NCBI GenBank assembly: GCA_036338555.1
Contig: JAYZBY010000136.1
Coordinates: 1 to 36,288 of the forward strand
Source: Acidobacteriota bacterium
GTDB lineage: Bacteria; Acidobacteriota; UBA6911; RPQK01; JADFOI01
Direction of reading: 5' to 3'
Length of the DNA stretch: 36,288 nucleotides
The number at the start of each line of letters is the position of its first letter. The stretch's first letter is position 1. The notes beneath the pieces were generated by a model. The model made no database searches. It saw only the letters and a program-made list of their open reading frames with translations, and had not been told where the DNA came from. This document shows, in pieces, positions 24,556 to 31,292 of this stretch. The position numbers and the translations under genes were made by a program.

Positions 24556-25155
24556 ATGATGTCTTCAAAATTCGATCGGAGGAAATTCATGATTCTGGCC
24601 GGCGCCTCGGTGGCCGGACTGGGGGCTTTTCCTCAGGAAGCGGTTCCCCCCGAGGCTCCCCAGGGCGGGGACGCCGACATCCCCAGGATCATGTCCCTTT
24701 TCAGTTTCAACGGAGGGATCTACTACTTTGATCCTGCCGGGTTGTATGTGGAAGTAGGACAGACCGTGGAGTGGGTGGGAGTTTCATTTCGTAGCGCCAA
24801 GGCCTACCATCCTTCCCACGACAATCATGAACTGCGGATTCCGGAAAATGCCGAGCCTTTTGATTCAAGTGCCGGGGGCAGTGGTGGGACCTTCCGATAC
24901 ACCTTCGAGCAGGAAGGGACCTATGACTACTACTCCCCTTCTCACGAGTATCTGGGGATGGTGGGAAGGATCGTGGTCGGAAAGCCCGGAGGCCCGGGTG
25001 AGAAGCAACCTGGGTATGGAAATCGGCAGGGGCGCCAGGTGATGTATCGGGATGCCGCTCGTTTATTCGAGTATCTGAGTGTCGAAAAAATTGTTCGCGA
25101 GAAGGTGGTTCCTTACCCCAAGGACCTGGTCTGGAAGCCCTTTCCGTGGCGCTAG
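24556..25155 (+). CDS. Tat-exported cupredoxin-like protein lacking the copper-ligand cysteine
   Basis: It has the twin-arginine motif DRRKFMILAGASVAGLGAF. It has the cupredoxin-type strands YYFDPAGLYVEVGQTVEWV and TYDYYSPSHEYLGMVGRIVVG. The C-x-x-H-x-x-x-x-M ligand pattern reads S-P-S-H-E-Y-L-G-M, and the protein contains no Cys at all. The start could be ATG 24556 or 24559, with AAGGAG at 24547..24552. Confidence 0.6.
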   Translation: MMSSKFDRRKFMILAGASVAGLGAFPQEAVPPEAPQGGDADIPRIMSLFSFNGGIYYFDPAGLYVEVGQTVEWVGVSFRSAKAYHPSHDNHELRIPENAEPFDSSAGGSGGTFRYTFEQEGTYDYYSPSHEYLGMVGRIVVGKPGGPGEKQPGYGNRQGRQVMYRDAARLFEYLSVEKIVREKVVPYPKDLVWKPFPWR

Positions 25156-25183
25156 AAGGAAAACCCAAAAAGGGGATAGATCA

Positions 25184-26983
25184 ATGATAGAAGGAAAGAA
25201 TCGTAGGTCAGGTCGAACCTTGCTGACTTTCACTCCTGGGCTTGTTCTGCTGGGACTTCTGGCAGGTTGTGGAGGGACCGATCTGGGTGTGCTGCATCCC
25301 GATACCATCCTTTTCAATGGCAAAATCGTCACTGTGGATGAGGATTTCTCGATAGCGGAAGCCGTGGCTATCAAGGATGGCAGATTTGTGGCCGTGGGGT
25401 CCAATGGCCAGGTCCAGGGCCTGGCGGGCCGGCAGACGGAAATGGTGGATCTCGGCGGGCAGACGGTTTTGCCGGGATTCAATGATCCCCACGCGCATTA
25501 TGCCCACAGCCTGGGGTTCGTGGCAGATGAACTGTCCCAGAGGTTCCGCACCTCCACATCGATCAAGGAGATGCTGGAGGTGGTCAAGGAGAAGATCGCC
25601 GTGACGCCTGAGGGTGAGCTGGTCTGGTTTTTCCTGGGCCCGGGATCTCCGGATTCCCTCGAGGAGGGACGCTATCCGACCCGCAAGGATCTGGATCCTC
25701 TTTCCTCCACCCACCCGATACTTCTGGAGTTTGGAGGATCAGGGGCCAATTCCTCGGCTAACAGTCTGGCCCTGAAGCAGGCGGGCATTACCCGCCGTTC
25801 CCCCCAGCCCTCCACCCAGCGTCTGATGGGCGAGATCATCAAGGACGCATCCGGTGAACCGACCGGGGTTTTCCGGGGTCGGGGCGCTTCTTCGCAGCCC
25901 CACAGCGTACTGGTCCGACACAGTACCGACACTCTGGCCGCGACCACCCAGTACGCCTCCGAACAGGTCCTTCCCTATGGAATCACCACCATCGGCGATC
26001 CCAATACCAATATGTCCACGGTCCTGGACAACCACAACTGGGCCCAGGCCTATCAGCGTTTGAGTGCAGCCGGTGAACTGACGGTCCGGGTCAATTGCAT
26101 TTTGCGGCTGCCGGCACTTTATAGACCCCTGGACGAGGTGATGGATTGGATGGATAACCTGTTCATCAGTCCGGGATTTGGCAATGAGACGCTGCGTTTC
26201 GGGCAGATCAAGATCTCCGTCTATGACTCCAATCCCGGCTACCAGGTGCCCAAGGAAGACATCAAGGCCGTCATCAAAAAGGTTCATTCAGCCGGCTGGC
26301 AGCTGTATATCCACGTGGGTGGAGGAGAGTCTTACGATACGGCCATCGCGGGTCTGGAGGAAGCCTATGAGGAATTTCCGAGGGAAGACGCGCGTCATGT
26401 CATCACCCATGCCCGCTATCCTACCGACCACACCCTGGAAGTCCTCGAGCGCTACGACATCATGGTGGAACCCCAGACCGGAAGCATCTACAACATGGGT
26501 GACGACTACGAGGAACGTTATGCCGATCCCGAGCGCCCGGCTTACATTACCACTCCACTGAGAACCTATCTGGACAACGGCATCCGCGTCATGACAGGGT
26601 CGGATCAAAACCCGATCGGTCCCATGTTCACTATTTATGAAGCGGTCAATCGTCTCCGGCGTTCCGGCAAGGTCATCAATCCCGAAGAACGCCTGACGGT
26701 GGAAGAAGCCATCCGGGCCGTGACCATCACGCCGGCCTACTCCACTTTCGAGGAAGATCTGAAGGGCTCCATCGAGGTGGGTAAACTGGCCGATCTGGTG
26801 GTGCTCGGTCGTGATCCTCTCACCGTTCCGCCCACCGAGCTCAAGGATATTCCCGTCATGAGGACCATGGTGGGAGGCGAGTTTTTCTACACCAATCCCG
26901 ATCCCGATCCCAACCAGAAGATCGAATACTGGTATCCCACCCGCGGCTACCGAGCGGTACTCGATGTTCCGGCAGCGGATTAG
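25184..26983 (+). CDS. amidohydrolase family lipoprotein, group II
   Basis: The start is set at ATG 25184 (MIEGKNRRSGRTLLTF...), with AGGGGA 7 nt upstream. The track start at 25079 would overlap the previous gene. Lipobox is LLAGC. Other motifs are PDTILFNGKIVTVDEDFSIAEAVAIKDGRFVAVGS, HxH (DPHAH), and GSIEVGKLADLVVLGRDPLTVP. Confidence 0.85.
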   Translation: MIEGKNRRSGRTLLTFTPGLVLLGLLAGCGGTDLGVLHPDTILFNGKIVTVDEDFSIAEAVAIKDGRFVAVGSNGQVQGLAGRQTEMVDLGGQTVLPGFNDPHAHYAHSLGFVADELSQRFRTSTSIKEMLEVVKEKIAVTPEGELVWFFLGPGSPDSLEEGRYPTRKDLDPLSSTHPILLEFGGSGANSSANSLALKQAGITRRSPQPSTQRLMGEIIKDASGEPTGVFRGRGASSQPHSVLVRHSTDTLAATTQYASEQVLPYGITTIGDPNTNMSTVLDNHNWAQAYQRLSAAGELTVRVNCILRLPALYRPLDEVMDWMDNLFISPGFGNETLRFGQIKISVYDSNPGYQVPKEDIKAVIKKVHSAGWQLYIHVGGGESYDTAIAGLEEAYEEFPREDARHVITHARYPTDHTLEVLERYDIMVEPQTGSIYNMGDDYEERYADPERPAYITTPLRTYLDNGIRVMTGSDQNPIGPMFTIYEAVNRLRRSGKVINPEERLTVEEAIRAVTITPAYSTFEEDLKGSIEVGKLADLVVLGRDPLTVPPTELKDIPVMRTMVGGEFFYTNPDPDPNQKIEYWYPTRGYRAVLDVPAAD

Positions 26984-27006
26984 CTCAGTTAATCAAGGAG
27001 TTGTTG

Positions 27007-28434
27007 ATGAAAACTAAGGATGGACTGCCCTGGAATCGCAGAGAATTTATTCAAGGCGTGGGGGCGACCGTGGCCACGGCCTCCATGTTGCCCCAGGCCC
27101 AGGCCCAAGGGACACTCCCGGTGGCTGGTCGCTCCGACTGGACCCGGTTTGCCTATGATTTGCATAATACCCGTTTCAACTCGCGGGAAGCCACCCTCAA
27201 TGCGGGCAATGTGGGCCGCCTGAGGGCCAAATGGCGCCATCAGATCCCGGCTCCCATCCAGACCAGTCCCACCGTGGTGGGAGACACCCTGTTCATCGGA
27301 GCCTGGGACGGGCATTACCACGCCCTGGATTCGGAAACCGGTGAGCCCAAGTGGAAGTACGATGCCGAGGTTCGGCCGGAATCGCGCTGGGGGCTCCGGA
27401 CCCTGAAGTCGACCGCCGAATACGATCGGGGACGCATCTATTTCGGCACGGGAGGAGGCAATCTGAATTGTGTCGATGGGGCCACGGGAAAGCAGATCTG
27501 GAAGACCAACATGGGGCCCGGGTTGAACATTTCTTCCTCTCCCACCATTTACGGAGACCGAATTTTCATCGGTACCTCGGGAGGCAACGCCCAGGTCATT
27601 TGTGTGGATGCCGAGACGGGTGCCATCCGCTGGAGATTCAAGATTGTGCCGGATCGAGACGGCGGCGGCGGCTCTTCCTGGACCTCCACGGCCGTGGATG
27701 AAGAGCAGAAAATCGTCTACACCACGACCGGTAATCCCAGTTCCTACAATCCTCCCGGACCGCTGCTTTTTAGCGACAGCATTCTTGCCAACGACATGGA
27801 GACGGGTGAGCTGCTGTGGTACTACCAGGTCCGTGCCACCGATCCCTTTGACCTGGACTTCTCCTGTCATCCCATGCTCTTTGACGCCGTGAGCCCCGGC
27901 AAACGGGGTGCCACCCGGAAGTGTGTGGGGGCCGGCAACAAGACGGCTTTCTTTACCTGGGATCGCTATTCGGGTGAGCTGCTATGGAAAGTGATGTTGA
28001 CCAACTGGGCTACCCAGGGAGGTCCCTGGTGGAACAGCACAGCCACTGCCTACAATAAGGTTTATGTGGTTTCCAATGCCATTACCGACCGGGATCCCAT
28101 CACCAGCCGTTCGTTGGGACTCTCCGAATCGGTCACGGCCGCCCTTCAGGCCTACACCGGCGAGATTGTCTGGTGGCGCCACAATGACAGCATGAATCGG
28201 TCGCCCGTCTGTGTGGCCAACGGTGTCTTTTATCAGTCCCTGGGCAACGGAAGCCTTGAAGCCTTCGATGCGGAAACCGGAAAACATCTGTGGCAGTCCC
28301 AGATCGAGAGTACTTCGCGAGGCGGAATCGTCATTGCCAACGGGAATCTTTACACCAGCAACGGTGAAGGGGGTTTGCCCACCGAGCCAACACATGATTA
28401 TTATGTCTACGCCTACAGCATTGACGGGAGATAA
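27007..28434 (+). CDS. Tat-exported PQQ-like beta-propeller repeat protein
   Basis: The start is set at ATG 27007, with AAGGAG 6 nt upstream. It has the twin-arginine motif NRREFIQGVGATVATASMLPQAQA. It is a paralog of 7794..9245, sharing motifs such as DPFDLDFSCHPMLFDA and GAGNKTAFFTWDRYSGELLW. Confidence 0.75.
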   Translation: MKTKDGLPWNRREFIQGVGATVATASMLPQAQAQGTLPVAGRSDWTRFAYDLHNTRFNSREATLNAGNVGRLRAKWRHQIPAPIQTSPTVVGDTLFIGAWDGHYHALDSETGEPKWKYDAEVRPESRWGLRTLKSTAEYDRGRIYFGTGGGNLNCVDGATGKQIWKTNMGPGLNISSSPTIYGDRIFIGTSGGNAQVICVDAETGAIRWRFKIVPDRDGGGGSSWTSTAVDEEQKIVYTTTGNPSSYNPPGPLLFSDSILANDMETGELLWYYQVRATDPFDLDFSCHPMLFDAVSPGKRGATRKCVGAGNKTAFFTWDRYSGELLWKVMLTNWATQGGPWWNSTATAYNKVYVVSNAITDRDPITSRSLGLSESVTAALQAYTGEIVWWRHNDSMNRSPVCVANGVFYQSLGNGSLEAFDAETGKHLWQSQIESTSRGGIVIANGNLYTSNGEGGLPTEPTHDYYVYAYSIDGR

Positions 28435-28467
28435 GTGGTGCTGTAGTGCGGTGGTGTGAGGTCGGTT

Positions 28468-28522
28468 TGTAGCGGCCGCTCTGTGAGCGGCCTGATCGGC
28501 GCCTGAGGAACCTCCCACACTC
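28468..28522 (+). repeat. REP-like element, class B long form with CCTCCCACACTC tail
   Basis: tgtagcggccgctctgtgagcggcctgatcggcgcctgaggaacctcccacactc. Compare 30411..30472 and 36065..36108. Confidence 0.85.
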
Positions 28523-28530
28523 TATGCCGT

Positions 28531-28558
28531 TTCGGATTTGGGATTTCGAAATTCGGAT
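28531..28558 (+). repeat. four degenerate TTCGGAT heptamers
   Basis: ttcggat ttgggat ttcgaaa ttcggat lies just upstream of the SD of 28577..30217. A cleaner x3 copy is at 36021..36041. Confidence 0.7.
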
Positions 28559-28576
28559 TTTCCAAGGAGTCTAGAC

Positions 28577-30217
28577 ATGCATAAAAAACACCTTCACTTT
28601 CTGGTCATCGGCGCCGTCATCCTACTCTCGGCGAATCTTTTCTGGACGCAGGCCCAGCAGAATTCATCTCTGGTGGTGATCGAGGGAGCCACCCTGATCG
28701 ATGGAACCGGGGGAGCGCCCCTCGCCAACTCGGTGGTGGTGATCGAAGGGGACCGGATCCTACAGGTCTTTCGCCAGGGGGAGAGGGATTATCCTTCAGG
28801 GGCTCGGGTAATTCAAGCCGAAGGAAAGACCATCATTCCGGCTCTTTTTGATATCGATACCCACATCGCCCAGCAGGGACTGGAAGCCGCCGCCCAGGCG
28901 CTCACCAATTATCTCTACTACGGGGTTACCAATATCTCGGACACGGGCGTGAGCCTGATTCACGGGGAGGGGCTCCGTAGACTGGAGGAGGAAGGCAAGT
29001 TCATCTCGCCCCGCTTGTTTGAGGCCGGTCCCACCCTGACCGCCGTGGGAGGGCATCCCATTCCCGTCAATCGAGGTCTGGGTCGAACCATCGATACCCG
29101 CACCCTGACCCAGATCGAGGGACCGGAAGATGCCATTCGACAGGTGCGAAGATACGTCAACGAATTGGAGGTCGCCACCATCAAGGCCATTCTGGAGAGT
29201 GGAGGGGATCTGCATTATCCGCGGATGACGCTGGAGACCTACACCGCTCTGGTGGACGAAGCCCATCGCCTGGGAATGAAGGTGTACACCCATGCCAGTC
29301 AACTCTCGGATGCCAGGGATGCCCTGGAAGGAGGCGTCGATCTACTGGCCCACGGCTTTGCAGAAGAGCTCACTCGGGAGAGCGAACTGGCTCAGATGAT
29401 CGTCCAGAAGAAGGCGGCCTGGCTTCCGGATATCAATAACGTCGAATCCACTGCCAAGATGTTTGATAATCCGGAGATCTGGACGGATCCGGATGTTCTG
29501 AAAAGTGTTCCGGCGGTTTATCGAGACCTGATCAACGATCCCGCCGTTCGAACCCGGCTGATGTCTCGTCGGGAGCGTTCCCGCCAGAGCTACGAAAATA
29601 GATTACGCACGGTCAAGGTCCTTTACGACATGGGTGTGAACATCCTGGTCGGAACGGATTCAACCGGCGCCCCTCATCGCATGTTTTATGGATTCGATAT
29701 TCACCGTGAACTGGAGCACCTGGTTCGGGCCGGAATGAAGCCCATGGACGTCATCGTGGCGGCCTCTCGCAAGGCCGCTGAGTACCTGGGCCGGGAGAAG
29801 GACCTGGGAACGGTCGAGGCGGGAAAGATCGCCGATCTACTGATTCTGACGGGAAATCCCCTTGAAGATATCCGCGATTCCAGATCCATTGAGCAGGTGA
29901 TCTATGCCGGGAGGTTCATTGATCGGGATAATCTGCCCATGCTGGATCCCTTTAAAGAGGGCCTGGTGTCGACCGGGAAAAAAGAGCAGACCATTACCGA
30001 TCAGCAGGTGCAGGGAGAGGTAGCGGCTCGATTTCCCTCCGACCAGGGCAGGGAGTTGGTCCTGACCCAGTGCTCCGGTTGTCACAGCCTCCAGGTCATC
30101 TTAGAGCAGCGCAAGAGCAAATCGGAGTGGGAAACGACTGCTGCGAGCATGCTGGGAGAAGGCAATCAGGACATGGACGAGATGGTGGGGTATTTGAGCA
30201 GACACTTCGGACCTTAA
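28577..30217 (+). CDS. exported amidohydrolase (COG1228-like) fused to a C-terminal CxxCH haem-binding domain
   Basis: The start is set at ATG 28577 (MHKKHLHFLVIGAVILLSANLFWTQA), with AAGGAG upstream. The N-terminus VIEGATLIDGTGGAPLANSVVVIEGDRILQV...GKTIIPALFDIDTH is amidohydrolase-like, with D-x-H in place of H-x-H. The C-terminal ~60 aa LTQCSGCHSLQVILEQRKSKSEWETTAASMLG...YLSRHF carry CxxCH at 30071..30085. Confidence 0.75.
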   Translation: MHKKHLHFLVIGAVILLSANLFWTQAQQNSSLVVIEGATLIDGTGGAPLANSVVVIEGDRILQVFRQGERDYPSGARVIQAEGKTIIPALFDIDTHIAQQGLEAAAQALTNYLYYGVTNISDTGVSLIHGEGLRRLEEEGKFISPRLFEAGPTLTAVGGHPIPVNRGLGRTIDTRTLTQIEGPEDAIRQVRRYVNELEVATIKAILESGGDLHYPRMTLETYTALVDEAHRLGMKVYTHASQLSDARDALEGGVDLLAHGFAEELTRESELAQMIVQKKAAWLPDINNVESTAKMFDNPEIWTDPDVLKSVPAVYRDLINDPAVRTRLMSRRERSRQSYENRLRTVKVLYDMGVNILVGTDSTGAPHRMFYGFDIHRELEHLVRAGMKPMDVIVAASRKAAEYLGREKDLGTVEAGKIADLLILTGNPLEDIRDSRSIEQVIYAGRFIDRDNLPMLDPFKEGLVSTGKKEQTITDQQVQGEVAARFPSDQGRELVLTQCSGCHSLQVILEQRKSKSEWETTAASMLGEGNQDMDEMVGYLSRHFGP

Positions 30218-30234
30218 TCCCTGACCCCTGACCA

Positions 30235-30253
30235 GGCCGCTCCTGGAGCGGCC
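30235..30253. repeat. REP-like hairpin, class B core without GTAG head
   Basis: ggccgctc-ctg-gagcggcc lies 18 nt after the stop of 28577..30217. Confidence 0.7.
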
Positions 30254-30320
30254 ACTTCATAGTTCCTCCTGTTGTGATCCAATGGTGTCATGCAGAGATG
30301 CGGTGGTCGGAGTTGGATCG

Positions 30321-30394
30321 GTAGGGGGGCGCACGGCCTGCGCCCTTCTTAGCTTCACAGATCTACCTGTGGGCGCACATCTGTGCGCCCCTAC
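30321..30394. repeat. inverted doublet of class A REP-like elements (REPIN-like)
   Basis: gtaggggggcgcacggcctgcgccc (30321..30345) and gggcgcacatctgtgcgcccctac (30371..30394) have GTAG...CTAC heads facing outward. Confidence 0.8.
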
Positions 30395-30410
30395 ATCACC
30401 GGCACGATTG

Positions 30411-30472
30411 TGTAGCGGCCGCTCTGCGAGCGGCCCTTCGGAATCGGCGCACTGAGGTGCCTCCCATGCTAC
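30411..30472 (+). repeat. REP-like element, class B long form
   Basis: tgtagcggccgctctgcgagcggcccttcggaatcggcgcactgaggtgcctcccatgctac. Confidence 0.85.
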
Positions 30473-30534
30473 GAACTCTTCATTCTGGACTCTGGATTCT
30501 TCTTGCCGTGCGTTCGGTCACTTTCAATCCGGAG

Positions 30535-30563
30535 ATGACCCTCTCCCCTCTCTCTGGTAGAAT
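30535..30563 (+). promoter_or_regulatory. candidate extended -10 sigma-70-type promoter for 30609..31277
   Basis: ATGACC (30535..30540), a 17-nt spacer ending in TGG, then TAGAAT (30558..30563). It lies about 45 nt upstream of the ATG. Confidence 0.35.
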
Positions 30564-30608
30564 ACCTCGGCCCGAAGGAGGCATTAACCACATTCTAAAA
30601 GGACGATT

Positions 30609-31277
30609 ATGAAAGCAAAAACTCTTTTGACATCCTTGAGTCTCACCCTTGCACTTGTCATCGGTACATCGATCCCAGCCTTCTCCGGCCCTGCACCTCA
30701 GAGTGCCGCCGATCTGGCCTCCCAGCTGCCTCCAGGCGAGGGCAAGGGGTATGTTCAGACCATCTGCACCAGCTGCCATGGGCTGGGTCTGATCGTTGCC
30801 CAGCAAAAAACGAAGATTGGATGGGAAGCTACCGTCTACGATATGCTGGGAAGGATCTCAGCTGGAATGGACCGTGAGGCGGATATCATATCCAGCTATC
30901 TTTCCGCTCATTTTGGAGTGGAACCCGCCCCCTCAGTAGTGGACAATACGATGGATGAGTCGGCTTCAAGCGCTGTGGAGATCAAGATCTATCACCAGGT
31001 GGTCTTTCGCTTCAAGCCGGAGGTCAGCGTCGATCAGATCCAGCACGTTCTGGACACGGGCAGGGCAATGTTGGAGAGCATTCCCGAAGTGGCCACGGTG
31101 ATCGTGGGCACGGTGGCGCAGCAGGATTCAGACTATACCCACGGACTGGTGACCGGGTTCAAAAATAATGAGGACCTGCAAAGCTATCGTAGTCATCCCG
31201 ACCACCGAGACTGGCTCACCGACATCTACCGTCCCCTGGTTGAAGAGAGCCTGGTGACGGACATCGTCGCTCCTTAG
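30609..31277 (+). CDS. exported fusion of a CxxCH haem-binding domain and a Dabb (stress-responsive A/B barrel) domain
   Basis: It has a signal peptide (MKAKTLLTSLSLTLALVIGTSIPAFS). QTICTSCHGLGLIVAQQKTKIGWEATVYDMLG...YLSAHFG (CxxCH at 30765..30779) is paralogous to the C-terminus of 28577..30217. The C-terminal IYHQVVFRFKPEVSVDQIQHVLDTGRAMLESIPEV...FKNNEDLQSYRSHPDHRDW matches Dabb domains. Confidence 0.7.
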   Translation: MKAKTLLTSLSLTLALVIGTSIPAFSGPAPQSAADLASQLPPGEGKGYVQTICTSCHGLGLIVAQQKTKIGWEATVYDMLGRISAGMDREADIISSYLSAHFGVEPAPSVVDNTMDESASSAVEIKIYHQVVFRFKPEVSVDQIQHVLDTGRAMLESIPEVATVIVGTVAQQDSDYTHGLVTGFKNNEDLQSYRSHPDHRDWLTDIYRPLVEESLVTDIVAP

Positions 31278-31292
31278 TGGGCGCTACGTTAG

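Noticed and set aside
25079-25183. N-terminal extensions suggested by the ORF track: 25079 for the amidohydrolase, 33263 for 31293.., 14660 for the receptor, 28538, 5732, 27001 and 1165.
   Set aside because: The extensions overlap the preceding gene or lack an SD. Internal ATGs have strong SD sequences at 5-8 nt and are followed immediately by signal peptides or lipoboxes.
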